Positions 1-12,917 of a stretch of 64,000 nt of DNA are shown piece by piece (positions within the stretch are counted from its first letter, which is position 1; every line of letters begins with the position of its first letter). The notes below the pieces were generated by a model. The model saw only the letters and a list, made by a program, of their open reading frames with translations. It had not been told where the DNA came from and did not search any database. A program made the position numbers and the translations under genes. The stretch is taken from assembly GCA_003427395.1 (NCBI GenBank), contig BFEA01000017.1, forward strand, positions 1,159,704 to 1,223,703, read 5' to 3'. The stretch is from Chara braunii (taxonomy: Eukaryota > Plantae > Charophyceae).

Positions 1-20
1 CCCAAGTGAATGCTAGAGGT

Positions 21-110
21 GCTGATAAGAGCAGACACCGCTAGCATGCTCGGGGAGGCTCCGTCTATTGGTGGGGAGCAGCACCTGCTGGAAAGTGGGT
101 CCAGCGTCCC
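21..110 (-). ncRNA. Structured LINE 3'-end motif, copy A
   Basis: Minus strand reads GGGAC-GCTGGA-loop-TCCAGC-A-GGTG-CT-GCTCC-CCACC-AATAGAC-GGAGC...CTGCTCTTATCAGC. It recurs 9 times in the window and lies just downstream of a LINE-like C-terminal remnant (WAVNPLS*GQSMLP at ~240-290, minus). Confidence 0.6.
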
Positions 111-548
111 TTGACATTTAGAAATGGATGTTATGGAAACATTTCGAGCTCGTATAGGCATGCCACGTGTCCTTCCGTCTACAGGGAGTGATCATGTGAA
201 TAGTCATCCAAACCGACACGTAAGCACACCGAACGAACGCCTGATGGGCAGCATTGATTGCCCTCAACTGAGGGGATTAACTGCCCATCCAAATCCGAAA
301 TCGTATCCCTACTCTAACCCTTATCATCTACCACGTAAATCCTTACCATGCCATGAGGAGGAAAGGTAGTCAGCAGTAGGGGAAGTAGAAAGTCACTTAA
401 TGCAACCCCCCATCAGAATCCTCTATCTTTGCCTACTCTGAAAATCTTACCAATCACACAACAAAACCCCCACAGCACCGCAATCGATAAGATAGAGGGG
501 TAATCAAAGAAGGCAAGAACACATGCAAATTCATCATCGAAAAGGAGG

Positions 549-712
549 CATGACTGGACAAAGGTGGATCCCTCCATTCTGATGTGGCTCCCCCCCCACT
601 GTCAGATCTATTTACTGCAGCTCAACGATCGAGTGGGCAGGTGGCGGAAATAGATCTGACAGTGTGAGGGGAGCCACATGGGAATGAAGGGATCCACTTT
701 TGTCCAGTCATG
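549..712. repeat. Long inverted repeat / MITE-like fold-back (~65-bp arms)
   Basis: CATGACTGGACAAAGGTGGATCCC...GTCAGATCTATTT (549-613) is near-perfectly complementary to AAATAGATCTGAC...GGGATCCACTTTTGTCCAGTCATG (648-712). Confidence 0.85.
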
Positions 713-931
713 GAACAAAAGGCGGTAATCCCTTTCAATCCCGCTCCGGTCCCCTCCTCTCCCCCTCTCCATTCTACCTCCGCAATCCATCCTCCTTGAA
801 GGTGACTAAGGCTAATGACATTATAACACTAAAATTTTCTATACTGCACAACAAGTCAAAGCTCATCCTATTGCAAGAAGCCATGCAAGCTTTTTTATTT
901 TTTGAAATAACTCCGCAGGTGACCGCTGCAC

Positions 932-969
932 CTGTCTCTTATACACATCTAGATGTGTATAAGAGACAG
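932..969. other. Nextera mate-pair junction adapter (Tn5 mosaic ends), assembly artefact
   Basis: Exact CTGTCTCTTATACACATCT-AGATGTGTATAAGAGACAG close to an N gap. Confidence 0.98.
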
Positions 970-1434
970 ATCATCGGCTTATCTATTTCTTGATCACAGT
1001 AACCNNNNNNNNNNNNNNNNNNNNNNNNNNNNNNNNNNNNNNNNNNNNNNNNNNNNNNNNNNNNNNNNNNNNNNNNNNNNNNNNNNNNNNNNNNNNNNNN
1101 NNNNNNNNNNNNNNNNNNNNNNNNNNNNNNNNNNNNNNNNNNNNNNNNNNNNNNNNNNNNNNNNNNNNNNNNNNNNNNNNNNNNNNNNNNNNNNNNNNNN
1201 NNNNNNNNNNNNNNNNNNNNNNNNNNNNNNNNNNNNNNNNNNNNNNNNNNNNNNNNNNNNNNNNNNNNNNNNNNNNNNNNNNNNNNNNNNNNNNNNNNNN
1301 NNNNNNNNNNNNNNNNNNNNNNNNNNNNNNNNNNNNNNNNNNNNNNNNNNNNNNNNNNNNNNNNNNNNNNNNNNNNNNNNNNNNNNNNNNNNNNNNNNNN
1401 NNNNNNNNNNNNNNNNNNNNNNNNNNNNNNNNNN

Positions 1435-1950
1435 GTGCATCTTTCCATGTTCTAGTGGAAGATTCACTCTCGTTTTTTTTTTTTTTTTTCAAGCACTGTC
1501 GCGTGGCTGGCCACTGCCACGATGCCTCGGCCACATCCGAGGTAAAAAAAAGGAAAAAAAGAAAAAAGAAAGAGAGAGCATCCCGTCGCGTGGCTGGGCC
1601 ACGGCCGCGATGCCTCGGCCACGACCGAGATTTAAAAAAAAAAATAATAATAATGCAATTTCGCGGTGCATCTTTCCATGTTCTAGTGGAAGATTCACTC
1701 TCATTTTTTTTTTTTTTTTTCTAGCACTGTCGCGTGGCTGGCCACTGCCGCAATGCCTCGGCCACATCCGAGGTAAAAAAAAGGGAAAAAAAAGAAAAGA
1801 AAGAAAGAGCATCCTGTCGCGTGGCTGGGCCACGACCGCGGTGCCTCGGCCACGACCGAGATTTAAAAAAAATAAAAAAAATAATGCAATTTCGAACTTG
1901 TCTTCGCCCAAGCTTGGAGTTTCGAACTTGTCTTCGCCCAAGCTTGGAGT
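1435..1950. repeat. Tandem ~231-bp duplication with internal GCCTCGGCCAC motifs, followed by a 2x ~30-bp repeat
   Basis: GTGCATCTTTCCATGTTCTAGTGG starts at 1435 and 1666; TTTCGAACTTGTCTTCGCCCAAGCTTGGAG occurs twice at ~1890-1950. Related motifs lie on the opposite strand at ~3490-3660 and are probably DNA-transposon subterminal repeats. Confidence 0.75.
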
Positions 1951-2050
1951 GGACTGTTATTCCTGCGAATTCGAAACTGTGCAGCGGTCACCCGCGGAGT
2001 TGTCTCTTATTTTTTATAACCAACGTCAGACCAGGTTTACTAGGGGGGTG

Positions 2051-2142
2051 TGATATGAGCAGGCTTCCCTAGCAGCTCCATTACTGACCTCTCCATCTAT
2101 TCGTGGAGAGAATCATCAGCTGGAGAACAGGTCCAGCGTCCC
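2051..2142 (-). ncRNA. Structured LINE 3'-end motif, copy B (diverged)
   Basis: TGATATGAGCAG...CTCCATCTATTCGTGG...GCTGGA-GAACAGG-TCCAGCGTCCC on the plus strand. Confidence 0.5.
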
Positions 2143-2359
2143 TGAGAACATGAATGGCGTATGTATGGTTCATTGATGATGCATGTCATTGAGAGTAATT
2201 GGACTGAGAATTTAAGACTAATGACCCCAAAAAGTCTATCTATCTCGTCAAGTTTGCAGCAATTAAACGAGCCTAACGACACCAAGACCCACCTCACCTC
2301 GGCAATTCGCCCACTTCATCAGATAGGACAGCGTCACCTTCTTTACGGTGAACGTTACG

Positions 2360-3470
2360 AATCTTTTGCACTATGATGCATCCTGTCCAGACGTTGAGCT
2401 CATCTTTCTGGAGCCAGATCCTCCTTCTATCTCCATGGCCTTCATCTTTACTTCCTTCCTTTCGCCGTCCGTCGAGTCCACCTCGTCGTCGCGCGCCGAC
2501 GCTGACGCTGAGGAACTCGCACGCTATACGACCGACCCGGAACCCGCAGTTTGTGACCTCATTCGAGAGTACCATGACGTTTTCCCATCGTCGTTCTCAT
2601 ACGCCGGCATCCCACCGATGCGCGACGTCGAGCACTTCATCCAGCTTGTGCATGACTTTTGTATTCACCACCAGGCACCCTACAAACCCTCGATCCCCGA
2701 GGCCACTGAACTCAAGCGTCAGCTTGAGGAGCTCCTAAAACTTGCTTTCATTAAACCCAACAACTCCCTGTGGGTTACACCCGTCCTCTTTGCTCGCAAA
2801 GCGGATGGAACTCTCCGTCTCTGCATCGATTATCGCGGTCTCAACCGCTACACGATTAAGAGTAGTTACCCCATGCTTCGTTCCGATGAGTTGTTCGATC
2901 GCGCTTAGCAGGCAACCGCTTCTTCACGAGTATTGATCTTCGTAGCGGTTATCATCAGATCCGTGTCGCTGTAGCAGATCAACCGAAGACAGCGTTCTGA
3001 TCGCCCTTCGGCCACTATGAGTTTACGGTGATCCCATTTGGCCTCACCAACGCACCCGCTACCTTCCACACGGCGATAAACGACATCCTCAGGGACATCC
3101 TAGAGCAGTACGTTCTCGTCTACCTCAACGATATCTTGATCTATAGTCGTACCATTGAGGAACATTTCAGATACCTCCGCGACGTCCTTGACTGCTTGCG
3201 CAGACATGGCTCCTACGCCAAGCTGAGCAAGTGCCGCTTTGCCCAACACAAAGTGAATTTCTTAGGAGTCAGGACACTACGTGTCTGACCAGGGTCTCCA
3301 CATGAAGGACGTGAAGATCACTGCTATTACGGAGTGGCCTGTCCCCACATCTGCCAGTCAGCTTCGCAGTTTCACATTTTTCTGGACCTCACTAGTTACT
3401 ATAGTAATTTCATCCAAGGATACGCTAGGTATTCCTGCGTCCTTACCTTTACCCTCCTTCGAAAGAACCA
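2360..3470 (+). pseudogene. Ty3/gypsy LTR-retrotransposon pol fragment (reverse transcriptase), disrupted
   Basis: [61 protein letters not shown] (YLDD degenerate), LSKCRF, WPVP...LRSF; stops and frameshifts. Confidence 0.93.
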
Positions 3471-3956
3471 GTCTAGGCCATACCCGTGGCGTGGCCTGGC
3501 TTGGGGGCAGTTCCCCAGGGTTGTGGCCTAGGCATCTCGGTCGTGGCCCAGCCACGGGCGTGGCCTAGGCATCTCGGTCGTGGCCCAACCATGGGCGTAG
3601 CCAAGACATCTCGGCCATGGCCCAACCGCGGGAGTGGCCTAGATAGCGCGACCGTGGCATAAGCTAGCGCGAGAAGAAACACTTTTGCCTGTGCAGTCAA
3701 GCACTAACAATCCACATCATGACAGGGATAAAACCCAACAGACCAAAACATCCACCATCGATCATCACACATGGAAACAACAGATCAGCAACGCCCGATC
3801 AAGAGGAGTGATTACAAACCTTCTGAGATGATGGGAGGAGTAGGAGAGAGAGAGAGAAGGGAGAGATGGAGAACTCGGATAGAAGGAAGAAAAACACACT
3901 AGATAGCGCAACGATCGAGGCCTTCGTTAAAACAAAATGAAGTGCAAAAAAACCTC

Positions 3957-4020
3957 CTGGCGATCGCCCCGACCGGTCTCGGCCTCACCGCTAGAGTGAA
4001 GCAATATCAAGGGGCTAGCG
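3957..4020 (-). ncRNA. Hammerhead ribozyme copy 1 (degenerate core)
   Basis: Homologous to 10027-10091. Stem I GCCCC/GGGGC is kept, but the core is mutated (TTGATAT for CTGATGA; GAGA for GAAA). Confidence 0.7.
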
Positions 4021-4899
4021 AGCGCATGCTCGTAATGGTTTTTCTTCTTACTTGAATACTACGAAGGTTCATGAAGAAACATCCTGAGTATCCACCAAAA
4101 ATCATAAGTCGTGGCTCCGCTACCTAAGAAAGCAGGAAAACAATGGCGGAAAAGAGGGAAGGCGGGAGGCAGGGGATCCTGCAGAGCAGCGAATGTAGAG
4201 ACCGTGCTAACATGGCCTAAGAATTGGAAATGGTTTATAGGGACAAAAGCGGGCAGGTACAGGAAGGCCCAGCTATTCGGAAAATAGGAATCTGTGAAGG
4301 TGAGAACACTCATATCCCACTTGTAACAGGTCAGAGATCTTGAAAGTAAGTCGTCATGCGACCGAGTGGATGTCGGCAGCATATATCGGAAAAAACTTAG
4401 ATATCCAGGGCGTGCAATCTCCCTAAACGCCAAGAAAGATGCAGGCGATATGTCACAGAGTTCTCCCAGACTTTACAGGAGATGCGGGGAAAAGAAAAGA
4501 AAACAAAGAAGGGAAGAGAAAAGGAAAGAGACAACAGGCCTAGAAACGGCTGGGTGGAAGCATAGTAGGAAACTGATTGCGGAGTCGGGAACGGAAAACG
4601 TGTGAACCAAAGAGGGGAAAAAAGACAAAGGCGGAAAAAAAAAGGGAAAGACAAAGAAAGATAGAGGGGTAGATGGTTATATGTTTTTAAGCTGCGAGAA
4701 AATTTGTTTCCCACTCCTGGCTTCTAGGGCCTCTAGGCCTATCTCAACAATGTCGGTCCACTCGTCCAAAGCTTCGTTGTGCTTGCCTTAGACTTCCCGC
4801 ATGACCTTGAAAAAACAAAATCAGTGAAACCCCTTCAGGCGCATCTCTCGTATTAAAGAAACCAGTGCCAACCCCACTCCTTCATAATCTGAGGAGTGG

Positions 4900-6460
4900 G
4901 TGACGAGCCTATGAAATTAGCTTTTTAACACAACTTTTTTGAATTGGGTAGGCCAGAACGACCAATAATTCTGTGTAGGCATAAATTCTCATAATCTTGT
5001 GGGGCTCATACTGCCATAATGTAGGCATGTTTTTCGTATCCGCAAGGCATTTGAGTGCAGGAGGATGTATACGACACACCATCATGCGGCCTAAGAAACC
5101 CTACTTACCTTTACCATAATCCGTATAAGGTCATAGGATCTAGTAAACATCTCAAGTAAGCAGAAAGTATTTTGTATATAATCCTCGTTGTCTTTCAGAA
5201 CCAAAATGAAGACACTAACATCATCGATCAGTCGGATGCCGATAAAATACCTAGCATCCGTACCAATCGACTAAAAAAACATAAACTCGTTGTACGAGTA
5301 GAGCAAGTAAGTCAAAGCGGGACTGAAACTCTTACCCATTGGTATGTCGGTTGTCTGTCTAATGATCATACCGGCCACACTTGCATATGAGGTCCTCAGG
5401 TCATATTCAACGAAATCAATGATCGTACCGAACTTGATAGTCAACGACCCAGTTTCACCAAACCCCTTAGCAAAACTAACCTCCTAACCAAAACGATTAA
5501 CTCTCACTCTGTTGTACCTTTTTCCAACGTGCACATCACTACCCAGTTAACAACGACAATGATTGACTTGTGAGCCTCAGGTAGCTTTACAACATCTCTT
5601 TGATATCGAAGTTTGCAGTCGAAAAACAACCCTTTACTATTTTCGAAGCTTGTTTATCAATCTGAATAATGAAGTTTTGGAGCAAAGGGGTGGCTTTAAG
5701 ATTGAAGTGCGAACCTTTGGGAATGTTCTAAAGCAGAATTCACAGCGTGAGCTATGATTTTGCAGGCCTTAACGCCAGGTTCCGAAAAGGACGACAATAT
5801 GGGTCGCCATCGGGAGATGTCCTTGTGCTTCAGGATACCATACTAGTTACCCATCGTGCCTCTATCATTCTATGGTCCTATCTTGTCCCCTTTGACTGCA
5901 AAGTATTTGTTCCTACATGATTCTAGAACTTCATTTGAATTCGAATCGACTACCAAGAACCCTCGGTTATCCCAAAACAGGCCTGCCAATGCATGGAAAT
6001 ATATAGATTCGCTTTACACTAACGTGTCTCCAATATTATGGTCGATAGGACATACTACAAGATTCGTATGTTTCTGCTCCCCGCTTTGTAGAGTGCGAGA
6101 CTTCACGTCGTCCAAGGTCAAGCCCTCGTACAAGCATTTTGAAAGCTCGCGTCCAGTCACTGTCAACTTACCTGGGCAGTTGGCCAAGCAGTTCTCCAAA
6201 ACCTTCCAGACATAGATCTTAGAAATAACCTTGGTGAGAGGTAAGGAGTTCCTAGAATAACGAAGAAAATCAGAAAAATCTGTTAGCTCGGAGAAACAAA
6301 AACAAACATGCCCTCCGTCGTTTCTGGGAACGCGACCATCAGTTGTGGTGCAACTACAATATCTGGCGACAATTATGGCCATCCGCCTATGATTGTGCAA
6401 CTGTTGGCTTATAGATTTTGGTGCGGTCCAAACAAAACGAAGTCTTGATATCATAAACTC
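4900..6460 (-). pseudogene. PLE reverse transcriptase, unit 1 (disrupted)
   Basis: FDIKEM motif near 5590-5612, IPMGKSFSPAL near 5310-5345, RLIDD near 5220-5235, VVCPIDHN upstream; many stops and frameshifts. Confidence 0.8.
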
Positions 6461-7243
6461 AGCTAAACATTAAAGCTCACATTTTCTCATAATTTCTCTC
6501 TTCCCCATCTTAATAACCTCTAACTTCGCAATATTCTCCGAAAAAACGCATTTAATAATAATAGCAGTCAAACACTTGAAGCTACACTCGCTTCTAAGTG
6601 CTTTGCCGACCACCCCCTTGAGTATTGCACGGGTCCTTCCATTTTTAAGAAAGTCGATGCAATTGTATAGTTTTATGAAAACACTTATCTCAAAGGAGTA
6701 TAACAATTTTCTGGACTGTGGTAACTGCAACAAAGATATCAATACGAATTTTCTTTGATGAACAAGATTATTTCGTGCTCTAATATGAATAAGTAAAAAT
6801 AAACCCCCGAAAATGAAAAACCCTTTCACATTTTTAAAAAACTGTTTAGAGCCATTGTGGTCGATGATGGTCCAACCGAAGGTTTTCCTCAGACGACCGC
6901 AACCATCGAAAAAATGGCCACCGTCCCTAGTTCAGACAGTCACAGAGAACTTTCTATAAGAGATAACATAAATTAATGCATCATACAAGCAAAAAATCCC
7001 CCCAATCCCTTTGTTAAATAGTGCACTTCCAATGGACACGTCCCAACGAATGAGACCAGTGGCTACATTACCACCAGTGAGCACCAACGTTTCCCTTTCC
7101 GCAAAGGCTTTGCGTTCCCTCTTCCCCTTTCTCCTACAGTAACCCCGCCTATGTTTTCTTTGTGCGTTCAAAGCAAGCGCACATCTAGCAATGCAAGACC
7201 ACTCGACTTCCCTAAGCTCCCTTGAACCCGCAGATAGCAAAGG

Positions 7244-7564
7244 TTACCATATGGCGACGTAGTTCTCCCATTCCTTCGTGGCTAACCATCTTTCTAACTT
7301 ATGGTTGCGTCTTCTTGACGCTTGGTTCCCGGACCAACCGTGCTCATCCCATCTATCATCAACGTCCCTTGTTGTAGACCCGATATAGGTGGCTTTGAGC
7401 AATGGCGATAGTAGGACATACACGCATCCGCCCTTTCCTTTACAGATGTCATAACCTCCTTTGATAAAGTTCATCCACTGGTCCAAGAACTTTTCTCCCC
7501 ATCTAATACCACCGGCAGAACCAGAAAGAGAACTACAAGCCTCATGATTTCCTCCTTTCGCCAC
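7244..7564 (-). pseudogene. GIY-YIG endonuclease domain, PLE unit 1
   Basis: GCVYVLLSPLLKATYIGSTTRDVDDRWDEH matches the GIY-(x~10)-YIG-x-T...R...H pattern. Confidence 0.88.
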
Positions 7565-7879
7565 TTCTCAAATCCTCTAATCATTCTCATTTTCCCGGTT
7601 GTCAGCATCTGCTCGGCATTGTTGCCATACCCAACAAAGGTTAAGATAGGATTATCAAGGGGGGTTCTCCTCTTCAGTTTCCTCCACCAATTCTTCGACA
7701 TGGTCCCATTCGTCCTCTTCTTCAGCATCCCCGTATGCCACCCCCGTATCCAACCCGAACACGAATTTCAACGAGGTCAGCAACCATCTCCTTCTTGTTG
7801 TGTACTTAATGTTATCTTTACCACACAACTTAATTAACTCTTGTTTGTATTTTCACATCAGCTTCTTCTCCATATCTTT

Positions 7880-9600
7880 TCAGTATTTCCTTCTCCCACT
7901 AGGTTCGAGATTCGCCACCACCGCCTTTCTGCCCTCCCTGACCCCGTCAAAACCCAAACCGGACGGAGTACCAATCCTAACAGCCGAGAGTGATCTTGTC
8001 ACATGTCTCACAATGCCCGCAACCAATGCAAAGATGGCAGCCAACCTTCCTGTGGGACGTCCAGACGTCGGGGTAGTTGCATCCAGTGTGGACGATGGCC
8101 CTGCATCATTGTGAGTCGCTGGCCTAAGCGTCGGTGCCATGCTCCGTGTAACAGGCCGGTTCCCTGTCGGGGGAATCTGCTCATGAATAATGGCATTGGC
8201 GGCTCTTCGTGCTACGAGAGCTGGGTCATCAAAGGAGGGAGACGAAGGTGGGCTAGGAGGTCGCTGAGAAGGGATCTGAGCTTGAGGGGATTGAGGACGT
8301 TGGGGAGAAGGGCGAATATCCTGGGGGGTTGGATTGTCCGTACAAAGCGAGGAAGGATGATTGATAAGCGTGAGGGAGGTTGAGCAGCATGTGGATTCAC
8401 ACAATTAGAGGGGTCAAGATCAACAGAGGTGGAGGGAGGTTGGGCTACTATCGGGATCGTGCGATCTAAGGGGGTCGAGGTTGGTTGCTTGGCTGGAGCC
8501 GTTCGCGCTGCAGGTGCGGTTCCCTGGAGAGGGGCTGGTTCAATTCTTGGCGGCATCACGCGCTGATTGGCATCCAGTCGTTCAATTAGGCCAAGCATGC
8601 ATTCGAACATCTAGTCGCTCCTCTCCTGCACGTGATCAAATTTTATGTTCTTTTATAACAGATTGTGTTGCACATTGTGCAGGTTTATCAACAATAATCC
8701 TGCAACCAACATCTCGATCTCGTTAACGCATTGCCTAGGCGTCGGTGGCGGAACGTTCAATACCCCTCCCATCTCCTCCTGACATCTTTTCTTGTTGTCT
8801 CCGTTCCCACCGTTACTAGCGGCTTTATCTCCGTCAATGGCTTTGCCTTCCTTGTTCTTCCCAAAGCGTTCCATTGGTTGCTTGTTTTCTTCCTCACGTT
8901 TTACGTCCATTTCCTTGGTTTTTTCATCGACAATTTTTGCCAATCTCGCCTCTTTCTCAGCCTCTTTCTTGGCCTCTTCTTTGACCTTTTTTGCTTGAGC
9001 CTCCATCTCCACCCTTTCTTGTTCTTCTCGCAGTCTTTTGTCGTTCTCCAATCTTTGCATCTCACACATCTCTCGGCTTTCGTAGGCGATCTCTCGGATC
9101 AACGACACCATTTCACTGTCTCCTGCTCTGGTTCTCGAATTCCAAGTGTTCCATCCGTTACTGCCTTGGTATGGCAGTGCATTCCTGGGCTGGTAAGGAA
9201 CTAGAGCGTTCGATACTGGAGCGCCAGGATCATAGGACACAAGTGGGTGGGTATTAGAAGTTTTTAAGAACCCTGGTTCAGCAATGAGGGTGGGAAAGAA
9301 GGGGGGGCGGAAGAGGATGAAGGAGTAGTGTTGAAGTGGACCGTAGAAGATGGAAGGGGCAGGGGAGGAGAGGATGGGGCATACTGAGAAGTGGGAGGTG
9401 GGGCTAAAAGAGGCTGTCCTCTGTAAGATTGACCGCCATAGGTCGGTCCCGAAATCGGACCCGATATCGGTCGGCCACTAATGACACCACCGCCCCTCAT
9501 CGGAAGCGGACAGTTCCTGGGCCAATGGCCATGTTGTCCGTAGTTAAAACATGCCCCATATGGAACATAATGGTCCCCCATCTTCAGCAGGCACTGGCTT
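7880..9600 (-). pseudogene. PLE upstream ORF: CCHC zinc knuckle, Pro-rich and coiled-coil (E/K-rich) regions, unit 1
   Basis: CFNYGQHGHWPRNC (CFNCGQHSHWARNC in unit 2), followed by Pro-rich and E/K-rich segments; frameshifted. Confidence 0.7.
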
Positions 9601-10026
9601 CCTTCTACACCGCTGTTGTGGCATCAACAAACTAATCTGCTTCAGCCGCGGGAGGATATCCCTGGATGGTACCTTCAATGCTGGGGCGTCCACCAATCTG
9701 TGAGCGTCACAGTGGTTAACTCGCTAATGTAGGTTAGAGAAGGAGAACAAGTCTCAAGCACTAACACTCCTTATCATGACAGGGATAAACCCCAACAAAC
9801 CAAAACATCCACCATCGATCATCAGACATGGAAACAATTGGAAACCTTCCCAAATGGAGCAACGCCCGATGAAGTGGAGCAATTGGAAACCTTCCCAAAT
9901 GATAGGAGGAGTAAGAGAGAGAGAGAGAAGGGAGAGATGGAGAACTCGGGTATTAGAAAGAAAAACACACTAGATAGCACAATGATTGAGGTCTTCGTTA
10001 AAACAAAATGAAGTGCAAAAAAGCCT

Positions 10027-10091
10027 CCTGGCGATCGTTCCGACCGGTTTCGGCCTCACCGCCAGAGTGAAGCCTCATCAGGGCACTAGCG
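10027..10091 (-). ncRNA. Type I minimal hammerhead ribozyme, copy 2 (intact catalytic core)
   Basis: Minus strand: GTGCC-CTGATGA-GGCTTCAC-TCTGGCG-GTGAGGCC-GAAA-CCG-GTC^GGAAC. Predicted cleavage after GUC (between 10042 and 10041); palindromic ACCGGT in stem III. Confidence 0.9.
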
Positions 10092-10699
10092 AGCGCATGC
10101 TCGTAATGGCTTTACTTCCTACTTAAATACTACTAAGGTTCCCAAAGAAACATCCCGAGTTTCCACCCAAAATTGTAAGTTATGGCTCCGCTACCCGAGA
10201 AAGCGGGAAAACATTGGCCGGAAAGAGGGAAGGCGGGAGGCAGGGGATCTTGCAGAGCAACGAATGAAGAGACCGTGCCAAGGTCTGTGAATGCGGGGGA
10301 TGTGGCGAAAATAAAAGAAAAGAAAGAAGGGCAGAGAAAAGGAAAGAGACAACAGGCCGAGAAACGGGTGAGTGGAAGCATATTAGAAAACAGATCGCGG
10401 AGCCGGGACCTGAAAACGTGTGAACCAAAGACGGGAAAAAAAACAAAGGCTAAAAAAGAAAGGGAAGACGAAGAAAGATAGAAGGGTAGATGGTTATCTG
10501 CTCGGAAACTGCGAGAAAATTTGTTTTCCACTCTTGGCTTCTAGGCCTATCTCAACAATGTCGGCCCACTCGTCCAAAGCTCCATTGCTTAAGACTTCCC
10601 GCATAACCTTGAAAAAACAAAATCCGTGAAACCCCTTCAAGCGCATCTCTCGTCTTAAAGAAACCAGTGTCACCCCGACTCCTTCATAATCTGAGGAGT

Positions 10700-12270
10700 G
10701 GGTGACAAGCTTGTGAAATTAGCTTTACAACGCAGCTTTCTTGAATTGGGTAGGCCCGAACAACCAATAATCATGTGTAGTCATAAATTCTCATAATCTT
10801 GATGGGCTCATGCTACCATAATGTAGGCATGTTTTTCGTATTCGCAGGGCACTTGATTGCAGGAGGATGTATACGACACACTATTGTGCAGCCTAAGAGA
10901 CCCCACTTACCTTTACCATCATCCGTTCTTATCAGAGACAAGTTAGGGCCATAGGATCTAGTAAATCCGTGAAGTAAGCAGAAAGTGTTTCGTATATAAT
11001 CCTGGTTGTCTTTCGGAACCAAAATGAAGACAGTAACATCATCGACAAGTCGGTTGTCGGTAAAATACCTAGCATCTGTACCAATCGACTGCAAAAACCT
11101 AAACTCATTGTACAAGCAGAGCAAGTAAGCCAAAGCGGGACTGAAACTCTTACCCATCGGTATGTCGGTTCTCTGTCTGATGATCATACCGTCCACACTT
11201 GCATATGAGTTCCTCAGGTCATATTCAATGAAATCAATGATCGTAGCGAACTTGATAGCCAACCACGCAGTTTCACCAACCCCCTTAGCAAAACTAAACT
11301 CCTAACCAAAACGATTAACTCTCACTTTGTTATACCCTTTCCCAACTTGCACATCACATACCCAGTTAACAGCGGCAATGATTGACTTGTAAGGTAGCTT
11401 CACAAACATTTATTTGATGTCGAAGCTTGCAGTCAGCAAGCAACCCTTTACCATTTTCGAAGCTTGTTTATCAATCTGCACAATCAATTTTTGGACCCAA
11501 GAGGTGGCTTTAAGATTGAAGTGTGAACCTTCGGAAAAGTTCCATAGCACAAAATTCACAGCGCGAGCTATAACTTTGCAGGCCTTAACACCAGGTTCCG
11601 AAAAGGACGGAGATATGCGTCGTCATCGGGATACCATAGTAGTTACCCAGTCGCCCCAGCGTGCCTTTATCATTCCATGGTGCCATCTTGTCCCCTTTGA
11701 CTGCAAAGTATTCGTTCTTACATAATTTCATAACTTTATTTGAATCCGAATCGACTACCGAGAACCCTAGGTTATCCCCAAATAGGTCTGCCAATGCATG
11801 GAAATATATAGATTCGCAACACACCAACGACTCTCCAATATTATGGTCGATAGGACATACTACAAGATTCTTATGTTTCTGCTCCTAGCTTATAGAGTGC
11901 GAGACTTCACGTCGTCCAAGGTCAACCCATCGTATAGGGATTTTGAAAGATCGCGGTCAGTCACTGTCAGTCTGTTAACTTACCTGGCAGTTGGCCAAGC
12001 AGTTCTTCAAAACCGTCCAAACATAACTCTTAGAAATAACTTTCGCGGGAGGTAAGGAGTTTCTAGAATCACAAAGAAAATCAGGGAAATCTTGTAGCTC
12101 GGAGAAACGAAAACGAATATGTCCTCCGTCATTTCTGGGAAGGCGACTATCCGTCATGGTGCAACTATAATATCTCGCGACAATTCTGACCATCTGCCTA
12201 TGATTGTGCAACTGTTGGCCTATAGATTTTAGTGCGGTCGAAACGAAACGAAGTCTTGAGATCATAAACT
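10700..12270 (-). pseudogene. PLE reverse transcriptase, unit 2 (disrupted)
   Basis: ORF 10813-11262: RQRTDIPMGKSFSPALAYLLC...RLVDDV; FDIK*MFVKLP near 11395-11425. Confidence 0.82.
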
Positions 12271-12917
12271 AAGTTGAACACTGAAGGTCACATCTTCTCT
12301 TGATTTCTCTCTTCACCAAGTTAATAACCTCTAACTTCGCAATATTCTCCAAAAAAACGCATTTAATAATATTAACATTTAAGCACCTGAAGCTACACTT
12401 GCTTCTCAGTGCTTTGCCGACCAACCCCGTGAGTACTGCACAACTCCTACCATTTTTTAAAAAGTCAATGCAACTTTATAATTTTAATATAGCACTTATC
12501 TCAAAGGAGTATAACAATTTTTTGTACTGTGGTAACTGCAGCAAAGATATCAATAAAAAATTTCTTTGTTGAGCAAGATTATTTTGTGCTCTAATATGAA
12601 TAAGTGAAAATAGACCCCGGGCATGAAAAACCCTTTAGCATCTTGAAAAAAATTGTTTAGAGTCACTGTGGTCGATGATAGTCTAACCAAAGGTTTTCCT
12701 CATACGACCCCAACCATCGAAAAAATGACCACCGTCCCTAGTTCTGATAGTCACACGGAACTTTCTAGAAGAGATGATAAAAAATAATGCATCATACAAG
12801 GAAACCCCCTCCCCAATCCCTTTGTCAAATAGTGCACTGCCAATGGACAGGTCCCAATCAATAAGACTAATGACTACATTACCACCAGTGAGAACCAACC
12901 TTTCCCTTTTCGTAAAG

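Noticed and set aside
21-40. CTGCTCTTATCAG in the 3' motif resembling U2 snRNA (CTGTTCTTATCAG) or a hammerhead core
   Set aside because: The match is ~13 nt with no other U2 sequence; CTGATAAGA is not CTGANGA and no matching hammerhead stems were found.
939-1724. Long ORFs spanning N runs (also 23678-24161 and 26331-27520)
   Set aside because: They are open only because of gap characters and adapter sequence.
1890-1950. ~30-bp direct repeats as a possible CRISPR array
   Set aside because: Two adjacent copies with no spacers, no cas genes and a eukaryotic context.
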